A DNA stretch of 64,000 nt. Source: an uncultured delta proteobacterium (GTDB taxonomy: Bacteria > Desulfobacterota > Binatia > Binatales > Binataceae). Positions 9,931 to 19,710 of this stretch are shown here, piece by piece (position 1 is the stretch's first letter; each line of letters begins with the position of its first letter). Position numbers and translations under genes: made by a program. A model generated the notes under the pieces. It was not told the DNA's origin and searched no databases. It saw nothing but the letters and a program-made list of their open reading frames with translations. The stretch covers positions 896,001-960,000 of the forward strand of contig CAVRVY010000001.1 of NCBI GenBank assembly GCA_963724765.1, read 5' to 3'.

Positions 9931-11322
9931 CTATTCCAGCGGCGGATGCCGATCGTGCCAGGGCCGCGCTTCCTCGAACGCCGCGGCGAGCGCGATTATT
10001 CCGGCCTCGTCGCTGGGCCGGCCGACTATCTGAAGTCCGATTGGCAAGCCGGCGCGGCTTAGCCCGTTGGGCAGTGAGATCGCGGGCTGGCCGGTCGCGT
10101 TGAAGGGAAACGTGAACGGCAGCCAGGCCAGTGCCTCCTCGACATAGCTCTCGGGCCGCGACGGCAACGCGCCAATCAGCATCGCCGGGCGAGCCAGCGT
10201 AGGCGTGAGCAGCGCGTCGTAGGGCATCAGGCTCTGCACGATCGTGCGCGAGGTGTTGTGCAATTCGAGCTGTGCGGCGATGTACTGCGGCGCGCTCATT
10301 TTTTGTCCCGCCTCGTAAAAGACCCGCACCATCGGATCTATAAGCTCTGGATCCTTGAACGGAACCGCAGCGATGCCCGCCGAGACCACGGCGCCGAAAG
10401 ATTCGGCCAGCCGCGCCGCCGGATCGATATCGACCGGCTCCAGTTGATGGCCCATCGCGCGGAACGCCGCGCAGGCGGCCTCGAAATTGTTAAGCGTGTC
10501 GGCCTCGATCGGGCCGAGCGCGCTGCGGCTGAGCGTCGCGAGACGGAGTTTTTCGGGCCGCCGCTCGAGCGGGCTTTGAAAACTCCGCGCCGGGCGCGGC
10601 GCAAAGTATGGATCGCCGGGCACTTCTCCTGCCATCACGTCCAGCATCAGAGCGGCGTCGCGCACCGATCTCGCGATCGGGCCGTTGGTAAAGAGCCCGC
10701 CCCATAGCTCGCCCCATATAGGCGCGAGGGTGATTCGCCCGCGCGACGGCTTAAGCCCCACCGTGCCGCAACAGGCCGAGGGGATGCGCACCGAGCCGCC
10801 GCCGTCGCTGCCTTCGGCTAGCGGATGGAGTCCCGCGGCGACCGCTGCCGCGGCGCCGCCGCTTGAGCCGCCGGTGGTGTAGGCAAGGTTCCATGGATTG
10901 TGCGCCGGCGGACAGAGCCCACCTTCGGTGGTCGGCCGTCCGCCGAATTCGGGCGTCGCGGTTTTGCCGAGCAGGATACCGCCGGCGTTATGCAAACGCA
11001 CGGCAAGTTCGGCGTCCGCGTCGGGCACGTTAGCGACGAAATTGCGCGAGCCGAAGGTAGTGAGGATTCCCCGCGTCGGGGTCAGGTCCTTCAGCGAATA
11101 CGGAACGCCATAGAGCGGCATCGCGGCCGCGTCCTTTTTTTCCAGACGTGCGGCGTCGGCCAGCGCGCGCTCGGCGGTCACGGTGACGAAGGCCTTGAGC
11201 TTGGGATCGAAGCGCTCGATGCGGGCCAGAAAGAACTCGGCGACCTCTTTCGGCCGCAGCTCCTTTTTGACTACCAGTTCACGCAGCTGCCACGCTTCGA
11301 TATGTGGATCGAGCATTCGCAT
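9931..11322 (-). CDS. Amidase (amidase-signature family)
   Basis: KD catalytic Lys region, GGSSGGAAAAVA, GSDGGGSVRIPS. Confidence 0.93.
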   Translation of the reverse strand: MRMLDPHIEAWQLRELVVKKELRPKEVAEFFLARIERFDPKLKAFVTVTAERALADAARLEKKDAAAMPLYGVPYSLKDLTPTRGILTTFGSRNFVANVPDADAELAVRLHNAGGILLGKTATPEFGGRPTTEGGLCPPAHNPWNLAYTTGGSSGGAAAAVAAGLHPLAEGSDGGGSVRIPSACCGTVGLKPSRGRITLAPIWGELWGGLFTNGPIARSVRDAALMLDVMAGEVPGDPYFAPRPARSFQSPLERRPEKLRLATLSRSALGPIEADTLNNFEAACAAFRAMGHQLEPVDIDPAARLAESFGAVVSAGIAAVPFKDPELIDPMVRVFYEAGQKMSAPQYIAAQLELHNTSRTIVQSLMPYDALLTPTLARPAMLIGALPSRPESYVEEALAWLPFTFPFNATGQPAISLPNGLSRAGLPIGLQIVGRPSDEAGIIALAAAFEEARPWHDRHPPLE

Positions 11323-11561
11323 GTCCTCCGTCGCAAACGAATTTCACGAGGCGGGCAAAGGCCGCCCCGGCGGCATCATACTACGAACGGCGAGATGCCG
11401 ATTTCAAACGATGTGGGCAAACGCGCCGCGGCGGACAGCGGCGCCGCCGTTTGCCGTCTGGCATCGGTTACGACAAAGTGCTACGGATGCGCTCAGTTCA
11501 CGCGATGCCCCGGTTGTCCGCGACGCGGACGGAGCAGCGCGATGCGGAGGATCCACGCAAC

Positions 11562-12071
11562 ATGGAAAATCCGAAAATGATGCGGCGCAAGACGCGCTTC
11601 GGATCGCTCGAGCACTACGAAAAAGGCGGCGTCGAGGTTATCAACGACGATCCTCGCAACTACGCCTTCTCGAACATCTTCGAGGTAGCATCGAAGTCCG
11701 AGCCCTACGAAAAAGTCGCGGTGGGCAAAAACCTCAAGTACGTGCTCGAAGCGATACGAGCCGAGGGAACCTCGCCGTGGTATACCGCCTCGCACGACGA
11801 GTCGGCGATTATCATGGACGGCGAGGTCGAGATTCGCCTCATCAAGCTCGACACTCCTGCCGTGGCCGACGAGCACGAGGGCACCACGATGCTGGAGGGA
11901 ACGCCCAAGGGCAAGCGGATGGGTTACATCGTGGCGCGGCGCGGCCATATGGCGCTGTTGCCCAAGGGTGCGGCATACCAGTTCCACGCGGCCAAACCGG
12001 GCGTAATCCTGCTCCAGGGCGTGCTCGGCGACCTCACGCTCGAGCGCTGGCGGGACATCTGTCAGAAGTAG
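11562..12071 (+). CDS. Hydroquinone 1,2-dioxygenase small subunit (HapC/HqdA-like)
   Basis: FGSLEHYEKGGVEVINDDPRNYAFSNIFEVA..S.PYEKVAVGKNL.Y; GGAGG RBS before ATG 11562; adjacent to large subunit. Confidence 0.85.
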   Translation: MENPKMMRRKTRFGSLEHYEKGGVEVINDDPRNYAFSNIFEVASKSEPYEKVAVGKNLKYVLEAIRAEGTSPWYTASHDESAIIMDGEVEIRLIKLDTPAVADEHEGTTMLEGTPKGKRMGYIVARRGHMALLPKGAAYQFHAAKPGVILLQGVLGDLTLERWRDICQK

Positions 12072-12110
12072 ATATCTGCCAAAATAGTTCCTGCGAGGGA
12101 GGACTGAGTA

Positions 12111-13100
12111 ATGGCGGCGACCAAACAGTCTACGAGAGAGTCTGATAGCCCGCTCAACGATTTTGGCTATCGGAGTTTTGCACTTGGCGGATTCAAGTTC
12201 GAGCGCGACGAGTATTTCGCGCATATCACGTGGCCCGGCGGGACTCACTCGATGCCGGTGGACCTGTTCCTGCGCGCGATGATCCGCGATCTGGCCTGGA
12301 GCTTCTTTTACGGCACCGTCAATTTCGACAACGTCTTCGGCACCACCAATCACTACGGCAACGTCGACGTCTTCGCCGGGCTCTACAACAGCGGCTACCG
12401 CAAGCAGAACCGGGAGCACGTCGAGAATTTCAGGAGCGACGAAGTAAAGGCGATGTTCGAGGCGCTGCTCGAGGACTGGACCAACGAGGGCTTCGACCCG
12501 TTCGCCGCGCCGCAGGAGACCGCCACCGCATTCGGCCCCAAGCACGGCAGCAACAGCAAGGCGATAACGCGCAAGCGCTTGACCGCCAAGCGGATGGTCG
12601 GGATGAAGGACGACATCCCGCTGCGCTCCGACGCGGGTGGCAATCCGGTCAACCGCCAGCTCGCCGACGTTGCGCAGGACCAACCCGAGGTGCACGCGGA
12701 GCCGGGCTTCGAGAACGAAGTCCACGCCTTCAATTTCTTCGGCTACGTGTCGCGCTCGGACGTCACGTGGAATCCGTCGGTATGCGCGGCGGTCAAGGAC
12801 AGCCTGATCTGCGCGACCACCGAGGAGTACATGCTTCCGGTCATCCACGGCAACGACCGCGTAGAGTGGTTCGTGCAGTTGACCGACGAAATTCAGTGGG
12901 ACGTGAGTGATCGCGACACCGGTGAGCCGCGGGCGCGGGTGGTGATGAAGGCGGGCGACGTTTCGGCCATGCCGGCCGACATCCGGCATCAAGGCTATTC
13001 GCCCAAGCGCTCGATCCTGCTGGTGTGGGAGAACAACGACGCCGCGTTGCCCGAGCTTTACGCGAAGAAGCGCCTGAAATCGAACCCGGTGGATTTCTAA
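12111..13100 (+). CDS. Hydroquinone 1,2-dioxygenase large subunit (HapD/HqdB-like, cupin Fe(II))
   Basis: FERDEYFAHITWP, FFYGTVNFD.VFGTTNHYG, HGNDRVEWF and ADIRHQG metal ligands. Confidence 0.88.
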   Translation: MAATKQSTRESDSPLNDFGYRSFALGGFKFERDEYFAHITWPGGTHSMPVDLFLRAMIRDLAWSFFYGTVNFDNVFGTTNHYGNVDVFAGLYNSGYRKQNREHVENFRSDEVKAMFEALLEDWTNEGFDPFAAPQETATAFGPKHGSNSKAITRKRLTAKRMVGMKDDIPLRSDAGGNPVNRQLADVAQDQPEVHAEPGFENEVHAFNFFGYVSRSDVTWNPSVCAAVKDSLICATTEEYMLPVIHGNDRVEWFVQLTDEIQWDVSDRDTGEPRARVVMKAGDVSAMPADIRHQGYSPKRSILLVWENNDAALPELYAKKRLKSNPVDF

Positions 13101-13126
13101 TGAGCCTTCGTGGGTTAGCCCCTTCG

Positions 13127-13176
13127 GTCATCTTGAGCGAAGCGAGTCGGCGCGCGGAGTCGAAGGATCTCGCGCG
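13127..13176 (+). repeat. Intergenic REP/MITE-like repeat, copy 1
   Basis: GTCATCTTGAGCGAAGCGAGTCGGCGCGCGGAGTCGAAGGATCTCGCGCG, closely similar to 21984-22033. Confidence 0.7.
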
Positions 13177-13262
13177 TAGTCCATCAGCCAGGCGCGGGAC
13201 GCCGCACGGTTCGCGGCCGAAGCCCTGTTCACTATTTTATAGGGATCGGAAGTAATTAAATT

Positions 13263-14732
13263 ATGCAGCTGCAAAATAAACTATTCATCGCGGGCGAATT
13301 CGTCGATGCCGAGGCGCGCGGCAGAATCGAAGTCTTCAATCCGCACGACAACTCGAAAATCGCCGATGTGGCCGAGGCCCGCGAGGCCGATATCGACAAG
13401 GCGGTGGCGGCTGCAACCAAAGCCTTTCCCGCCTGGCGCGGGATCGCGGCGGCCGACCGCGGGCGGCTCCTGCTGAAGCTCGCCGACGCGATCGAATCGA
13501 GAGTCGAAGAGCTGGCGCACGTCGAATCGATCGACACCGGCCATCCGATCCGCGACACGCGGATGCTCGACGTGCCGCGCACCGCCGCGACCTTCCGCTA
13601 TTTCGGCGGGATGGCCGACAAACTCCAGGGACGCCTGGTGCCGGTGGATCCCGGCTTTCTCAACTACGTCGAGCACGAGCCGTTGGGCGTGGTGGGACAG
13701 GTCGTGCCGTGGAACTTTCCGATCATGTTCACGAGCTGGAAGATGGGGCCGGCGCTGGCCGCCGGCAATTGCGTGGTGATGAAGCCGGCCGAGCTGACGC
13801 CGCTCAGCTCGCTCAAGATGGCGGAGTTGATGCGCGAGGTCGGCTTTCCGCCCGGCGTGGTCAATATTCTTCCTGGCTACGGCAACATCGCTGGCCAGTA
13901 TCTCGCCGAGCATCCGCAGGTGCAGAAGATCGCGTTCACCGGATCTACCGCAACCGGACGCAGAATCGTGCAGGCTTCGTCGGGAAATCTCAAGCGCGTG
14001 CAGCTCGAGCTCGGCGGCAAGGGCGCGAACATCGTGTTCGACGACGCCGACCTCGACGCGGCGCTCAATGGCAGCGCGTTCGCGATCTTTCACAACCAGG
14101 GCCAGGCCTGTATCGCGGGCTCGCGCCTGCTGCTGCACGAAAAGATCGCGGACAAATTTCTCGACCGCTTCTTGAAACTCGCGGCGTCGATCAAGCTCGG
14201 CAATCCGCTCGATCCGCAGACCGAGATGGGGCCGCTGACTTCGCTGGCGCATCGCGATCGCGTGCTTTCCTATTGCAAGGTCGCGCGCGAGGAGGGCGGC
14301 GAAATCCTGCTCGGCGGCAAGGCGCCCGCCGACGCCGAGCTGGCGAAGGGATGTTACGTGATGCCGACCGTGGTTCGCGCGCGGCCCAAGGATCGCGTTT
14401 GCCAGGAGGAAGTCTTCGGCCCTTTCGTGACCGTCACCACGTTCAAGGATGAAGACGAAGTGATCGCCATCGCCAACGATACGGTCTATGGCCTGGGCGG
14501 CGGATTGTGGACCAGCAACCTTTCGCGCGGGCATCGCGTGGCCCGGCAGATCATCACCGGGATGGTCTGGATAAATTGCTACAAGCGCGCCAATCCAGGA
14601 TCGCCGTTTGGCGGAGTGCGCAGTTCCGGCTACGGCCGCGACCTCGGTATCGAGTCGATGGAGGAATACACCAGTCCGAAGTCGGTGTGGGTCAACGTGG
14701 ACGCGAAGCTTCCGCCGTATTATCAGCGTTGA
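13263..14732 (+). CDS. Aldehyde dehydrogenase, probable 4-hydroxymuconic semialdehyde dehydrogenase (HapE-like)
   Basis: PWNFP, FTGST, LELGGKG, GQACIAGSR, EEVFGP; directly downstream of the dioxygenase subunits. Confidence 0.85.
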   Translation: MQLQNKLFIAGEFVDAEARGRIEVFNPHDNSKIADVAEAREADIDKAVAAATKAFPAWRGIAAADRGRLLLKLADAIESRVEELAHVESIDTGHPIRDTRMLDVPRTAATFRYFGGMADKLQGRLVPVDPGFLNYVEHEPLGVVGQVVPWNFPIMFTSWKMGPALAAGNCVVMKPAELTPLSSLKMAELMREVGFPPGVVNILPGYGNIAGQYLAEHPQVQKIAFTGSTATGRRIVQASSGNLKRVQLELGGKGANIVFDDADLDAALNGSAFAIFHNQGQACIAGSRLLLHEKIADKFLDRFLKLAASIKLGNPLDPQTEMGPLTSLAHRDRVLSYCKVAREEGGEILLGGKAPADAELAKGCYVMPTVVRARPKDRVCQEEVFGPFVTVTTFKDEDEVIAIANDTVYGLGGGLWTSNLSRGHRVARQIITGMVWINCYKRANPGSPFGGVRSSGYGRDLGIESMEEYTSPKSVWVNVDAKLPPYYQR

Positions 14733-14742
14733 CGCGACGGCG

Positions 14743-15621
14743 ATGGCGCTGATTCTCGATCTGCGGGCGGCAATCCGCGAATTCGTCCGCGACGGCGACA
14801 TCGTTGCGATGGAGGGGTTCACCCATCTGATTCCATCGGCCGCCGGCCACGAGATCATCCGCCAGCGCCGGCGCGACCTGACGCTGGTGCGGATGACGCC
14901 CGACCTCATCTACGATCAGCTCATCGGGATGGGATGCGCGCGCAAGTTGGTGTTCTCGTGGGGCGGCAATCCGGGCGTCGGCTCGCTGCATCGGCTGCGC
15001 GACGCGATCGAGCACGGATGGCCGCGGCCGCTTGAAATCGAAGAGCACAGCCACGCCGGCATGGCGACGGCCTACGCGGCGGGCGCCGCCAATCTTCCCT
15101 TCGGCGTCCTGCGCGGTTACCTCGGCTCCGATTTGCCGAAATACAATCCGCGCGTGAAATTCATCGAGTGCCCGTTCACCGGCGAGCGGCTTGCCGCAGT
15201 GCCGGCGATTCGCCCCGACGTCGCCGTCATCCACGCGCAGCAGGCCGATCGCAAGGGCAACGTCCTGCTATGGGGCATCGTGGGAGTTCAGAAGGAAGTC
15301 GTGATGGCGGCGCGGCGCTCGATCGTCACGGTCGAAGAGATCGTTAATCGTCTCGAGGCGCGGCCGAACTCCGTGGTGTTGCCCGGATGGGTGGTCAGCG
15401 CGGTATGCGAAGTACCGGGCGGCGCATTTCCGTCCTACGCGCTCGGCTATTACGCTCGCGACAATTTCTTTTATCAGCGATGGGATGAGATCGCGCGCGA
15501 GCGCCAGGGCTTTACCGATTGGATCGAGCGCCACGTGCTCGCGACCGCGGACTTCTCGGAGTTCCGGCAAAGCCTCGCTCCGGCGGGCGGCAAGCGGCCG
15601 CATCAGACGGTCAATGGCTGA
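14743..15621 (+). CDS. 3-oxoadipate CoA-transferase subunit A (CatI/PcaI type)
   Basis: MEGFTHLIP.AAGHEIIRQ, RMTPDLIYDQLIGMG, WGGNPGVGSLHRLRDA. Confidence 0.88.
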   Translation: MALILDLRAAIREFVRDGDIVAMEGFTHLIPSAAGHEIIRQRRRDLTLVRMTPDLIYDQLIGMGCARKLVFSWGGNPGVGSLHRLRDAIEHGWPRPLEIEEHSHAGMATAYAAGAANLPFGVLRGYLGSDLPKYNPRVKFIECPFTGERLAAVPAIRPDVAVIHAQQADRKGNVLLWGIVGVQKEVVMAARRSIVTVEEIVNRLEARPNSVVLPGWVVSAVCEVPGGAFPSYALGYYARDNFFYQRWDEIARERQGFTDWIERHVLATADFSEFRQSLAPAGGKRPHQTVNG

Positions 15622-16405
15622 GCCGCAATACAGCGCCGACGAGATGATGACGGTCGCGGCAGCGCGCATGCTGCGCGACAAAGTGGTGTGCTTCGTCGGC
15701 ATCGGGTTGCCGAGCGCGGCAGCCAACCTGGCCCGGCTTACCCACGCGCCCGAGGCGGTGCTGATTTACGAATCGGGCACGATCGGCGCGAAACCGAGCG
15801 TGTTGCCGCTCTCGATCGGCGACGGAGAGTTGGCCGAAACCGCCGACACCGTGGTCTCGATCACGGAGATCTTCGCTTACTGGCTACAAGGCTGCCGGGT
15901 GGACGTCGGCTTTCTCGGCGCGGCTCAGATCGATCGCTTCGCCAATCTCAACACCACCGTGGTCGGGGACTACCGCTCGCCGCGGGTGCGGCTGCCGGGC
16001 GCCGGCGGCGCAGCCGAGATCGCATGCAGCGCGCGCGAGGTCTTGATCATGCTGCGCCAGAGCAAGCGCGCCTTCGTCGCCAGGCTCGACTTCGTTACCT
16101 CGGCCGGATTTCTCGACGGCGGCGACAGCCGCGATAAGCTCGGCATGCCGGGCCACGGCCCGAGCGCCGTGATAACCGACCTCGGAATTCTCACACCCGA
16201 TCCCCAGACCAAAGAGCTTACGCTTACCAGCCTGCATTCCGGAGTCACGGTCGAGCAGGCGATCGCGGCCACTGGATGGCCACTGAGGGTCGCGGCGAAC
16301 CTCGCGCGGACCGCGCCGCCATCAGCCCCTGAACTGGCGGTGCTGCGCGATCTGAATGAGCGCACTGCGCGTGCACATGCAGGAAATGTCACGCAGGCAA
16401 AATGA
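15614..16405 (+). CDS. 3-oxoadipate CoA-transferase subunit B (CatJ/PcaJ type)
   Basis: EMMTVAAAR, CFVGIGLPS.AANLARLTHAP..VLIYESG, RLPGAGGA. Confidence 0.88.
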   Translation: MAEPQYSADEMMTVAAARMLRDKVVCFVGIGLPSAAANLARLTHAPEAVLIYESGTIGAKPSVLPLSIGDGELAETADTVVSITEIFAYWLQGCRVDVGFLGAAQIDRFANLNTTVVGDYRSPRVRLPGAGGAAEIACSAREVLIMLRQSKRAFVARLDFVTSAGFLDGGDSRDKLGMPGHGPSAVITDLGILTPDPQTKELTLTSLHSGVTVEQAIAATGWPLRVAANLARTAPPSAPELAVLRDLNERTARAHAGNVTQAK

Positions 16406-16430
16406 GGCAATAGTAAGGAAGGACTGAGAA

Positions 16431-17633
16431 ATGGCCGAGGCTTTCATCTGCGATGCGGTGCGGACTCCGATCGGACGTTACGGCGGAGCGCTCTCCGGGG
16501 TAAGGACGGATGACCTCGCAGCGATCCCGATAAGGACGCTCATCGAGCGCAACGCCTCGATCGATTGGAGTCGCGTCAACGACGTCATTTTAGGCTGCGC
16601 CAACCAGGCCGGCGAAGACAATCGCAACGTCGCCCGTATGGCGGCGCTGCTGGCCGGATTGCCGGTCGACGTCAGCGGCGTCACTGTCAACCGCCTGTGC
16701 GGCTCCGGGATGGAGGCCGTGGTGCAGGCGGCCCGCGCGGTCAAGACCGGCGAGGCCGGCCTGGTGATCGCGGGCGGAGTGGAGTGCATGTCGCGCGCGC
16801 CGTTCGTGATGCCCAAGGCGACGAGCGCCTTTTCCCGCAACGCCGAGATCTACGACACGACCATCGGATGGCGCTTCGTCAATCCGCTGATGAAGAAGGC
16901 CTATGGCGTCGACTCGATGCCCGAGACCTCCGACAACGTGGCCGCGGATTTCGAAGTCTCGCGCGCCGACCAGGACGCGTTCGCCTATCGCAGCCAGATG
17001 CGCGCGAAACAGGCGCAGGTGGCGGGCCGCTTCGCCGAAGAGATCGTGCCGGTCAAGATCGCCGGGCGGTGCGAGACCGTCACGGTAAGTATCGACGAGC
17101 ACCCGCGCCCCGAAACCACGCTCGAAACGCTGGCTAGGTTGCCGGCGCTGTTTGGCCCGTCAAGCTCGGTGACCGCGGGCAATGCGTCGGGCGTCAACGA
17201 TGGCGCCGCGGCGCTCATCGTGGCTTCGGAAGCCGCCGTAAAGGAATTCGGACTGAAGCCGCAAGCGCGAGTTGTCGGCGCCGCGACCGCCGGTGTGCCG
17301 CCGCGAATAATGGGAATCGGGCCGGCGCCGGCCTCGCGCAAAGCGCTTGAGCTGACCCGTATCGCCCTTCGCGACATCGACGTGGTCGAACTCAACGAGG
17401 CGTTTGCCGCGCAGTCGCTCGCGGTCCTGCGCCAGCTCGGGCTTCCTGATGACGCCGAGCAGGTCAACCCCAACGGCGGTGCGATCGCGCTCGGCCATCC
17501 GCTGGGGATGAGCGGGGTGCGGCTGATGCTGACCGCGCTCCGCGAACTGGAGCATCGCAAGGCGCGCTACGCCCTCTGCACGATGTGTATCGGGGTGGGG
17601 CAGGGGATCGCGTCCATCATCGAACGCGTCTGA
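16431..17633 (+). CDS. pcaF: 3-oxoadipyl-CoA thiolase
   Basis: GCANQAGEDNRNVARMA, NRLCGSG, YDTTIGWRFVNP, GHPLG, MCIGVGQG. Confidence 0.92.
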   Translation: MAEAFICDAVRTPIGRYGGALSGVRTDDLAAIPIRTLIERNASIDWSRVNDVILGCANQAGEDNRNVARMAALLAGLPVDVSGVTVNRLCGSGMEAVVQAARAVKTGEAGLVIAGGVECMSRAPFVMPKATSAFSRNAEIYDTTIGWRFVNPLMKKAYGVDSMPETSDNVAADFEVSRADQDAFAYRSQMRAKQAQVAGRFAEEIVPVKIAGRCETVTVSIDEHPRPETTLETLARLPALFGPSSSVTAGNASGVNDGAAALIVASEAAVKEFGLKPQARVVGAATAGVPPRIMGIGPAPASRKALELTRIALRDIDVVELNEAFAAQSLAVLRQLGLPDDAEQVNPNGGAIALGHPLGMSGVRLMLTALRELEHRKARYALCTMCIGVGQGIASIIERV

Positions 17634-17672
17634 AGTCGAAAGGCCGGCCGCCCTTGCCCGCAGCCGCAAGTT

Positions 17673-18212
17673 TCAGCGCAGTGTGCTCAGCACCTTGTCG
17701 GCCAGCACCGTGTACGCAGGGTAATTATAACCCGCGTAGCGGCTGCCGATGATTGCTCCAGCAAGCGCCACGACTGCCAGACTGAGAGCGAGCGCCGCGC
17801 CCCGCTTTGGGTTGCGCGCGACTTCCGGCTCGCTGGGGGGCGCCTTGATGAGCGGCGAGAGTTTCTCGTAAATGGACGGGTACGCATCGCACACCGCTGA
17901 GATCATTGAGGCGCTCACCTGTTTTGGATTTTCAACGCCCTCACCGGTGAAGCTGAAGATTTCGCGAAATTGTGCGAGAGTCTTGTCCGCATTCTCAGCG
18001 ACGATGTTCAGATCTTCCGGAGCCAAATGCAGCAGATTGGACTGCGCTACTTGTCGGAACAGGCTCAGGGTGCGCTCGAACTGCGGAAGACCCTTGCGAA
18101 GGATCGACCTTCGGCGGTCCGTTTGTGCCAGCTCAGCCGGCTTGAACGCCGCCAATCTCGCCAAACAGACACTAAGACGTTGGCGTGTCTCCCGCTCGAA
18201 ATTGGTGGTCAT
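17673..18212 (-). CDS. Hypothetical protein with C-terminal hydrophobic helix
   Basis: 179-aa ORF with GGAG RBS; C-terminal ALALSLAVVALAGAIIG segment. Confidence 0.6.
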   Translation of the reverse strand: MTTNFERETRQRLSVCLARLAAFKPAELAQTDRRRSILRKGLPQFERTLSLFRQVAQSNLLHLAPEDLNIVAENADKTLAQFREIFSFTGEGVENPKQVSASMISAVCDAYPSIYEKLSPLIKAPPSEPEVARNPKRGAALALSLAVVALAGAIIGSRYAGYNYPAYTVLADKVLSTLR

Positions 18213-18450
18213 CGTCGATCAGCTCCCGTTCGAATGATGAGCGAAGCTCAGCGATCGGTTCTTAGCATGACAATTTCTGCGAATATAGTCCTGTCTCTTG
18301 CTAAACCAGTCGTACCTTGTAGTAAAAGCGATTCGCTTAATAGAGCGCAAATAAACATTGAAATGACGCAAGAATGGGGTGAGCGGCGAGCCAAGACGTG
18401 CCGGGTGCGTGACGAGTTCCGAAAAAGCTGCGATTGAGGATGGCGGCGCG

Positions 18451-19680
18451 CTAGATCTCGTTGGCGCGCGCGATACGGCCCAGCCATTCGGCGCTCGGCT
18501 TGACCCTGCGGCGTTGCGTTTCACGGTCGACTGCGATCAGGCCGAATTTTGGATGGTAGCCGAATAACCATTCGAAGTTGTCGAGCGTGGACCAGTAGAA
18601 GTACCCCCGCACGTCGATCTTGTCGCTGACGCATCGCGCGATCCCCGCCAGCGCGCGTTTGACGAAGGCGATTCTTCGCGTGTCGTCGTCGGTGGCGACG
18701 CCGTTTTCGGTTACGATAACGGGCAACTGAGTATTGGCGCTCGCATAGCGGATTGCCGCCTCGAGCGCTTCGGGCCAAAACTCGTAGCCCATCTGGGTGA
18801 ATTCGACTCCCGCTTCCGGGGGCAACATGCCGTGCGGGCCGTAGCGCTGGCGCGCATAGCACTGCACGCCGATAAAGTCGTCATGCCGCGCGGCCTCGAG
18901 GAATATATCCTCGGCGTCGTGACGGTCGTGGTCGCGAAGATGCTCGCCGCTCGCCACCGCTTGCATGTCTCTCATCGCGAGCGTCATCCCGATCGGGAAC
19001 TTGCCGGGGCCCGCGCGCAACGCCTGAACGCCCAGGCGATGAGCCTCCAGCAACACGTCGCGCGACCGCGCACGCACGCAAAACGGAAAGCTTGAAAACA
19101 TCTTCGGCTCGACGCCCATCGCGCGGGCCGCCGCCGCCCGCATCGGGGAGCGCAGAACTGTCTCGTCACTATGAAGGATTCCCGTCTGATGCAGGTAAAC
19201 TCCGAGGTTGAGTTCGTTGATGGTGCAGGCCAGGTCCACGAGATCGCCAAGGTGGCCGATGGCGCGTTCGCAAAAGCGCGCGAACAAGCGCGCGGTCTCG
19301 CGCGATTCCCACCCGCCGCGCGCCGCCAGCCATCGCGGCGAGGTAAAATGATGCAGCGTCACGATAGCCTTGAGCCCGTTTTGCTGGCAGGCCGCCAGCA
19401 TCCGCCGATAGTGCTCGAGTTGCGCGAGCGAAAACTCACCCTGTTCGGGTTCGATCCGCGCCCATTCGATCGAGAAGCGGTACGCGTTGAAGCCGAGCGT
19501 CGCGAGCAGTGCCATATCGTCCGCGTAGCGATGGTAGTGATCGCAGGCGTCGCCTGAGGATTCGGTATAGATGGTGCTGTCGAGATGCTCGAGCAGCCAC
19601 GAATCGCAGTTTATATTGCCGCCCTCGACCTGATGCGCCGCGGTCGCCGTGCCCCAGAGAAACCCGCTCGGAAACTTCAT
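18451..19680 (-). CDS. Glycoside hydrolase family 1 (beta-glucosidase)
   Basis: FLWGTATAAHQVEG, YRFSIEWARIEP, TINE acid/base, VTENG nucleophile, DNFEW. Confidence 0.93.
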   Translation of the reverse strand: MKFPSGFLWGTATAAHQVEGGNINCDSWLLEHLDSTIYTESSGDACDHYHRYADDMALLATLGFNAYRFSIEWARIEPEQGEFSLAQLEHYRRMLAACQQNGLKAIVTLHHFTSPRWLAARGGWESRETARLFARFCERAIGHLGDLVDLACTINELNLGVYLHQTGILHSDETVLRSPMRAAAARAMGVEPKMFSSFPFCVRARSRDVLLEAHRLGVQALRAGPGKFPIGMTLAMRDMQAVASGEHLRDHDRHDAEDIFLEAARHDDFIGVQCYARQRYGPHGMLPPEAGVEFTQMGYEFWPEALEAAIRYASANTQLPVIVTENGVATDDDTRRIAFVKRALAGIARCVSDKIDVRGYFYWSTLDNFEWLFGYHPKFGLIAVDRETQRRRVKPSAEWLGRIARANEI

Positions 19681-19710
19681 CGTTGTGGCGCCCTCCCAGG
19701 CGCCTTCTTA

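Noticed and set aside
11493-14909. 499-aa and 542-aa minus-strand ORFs opposite the dioxygenase and ALDH genes
   Set aside because: Antisense to clearly recognisable enzymes, with no independent signal.
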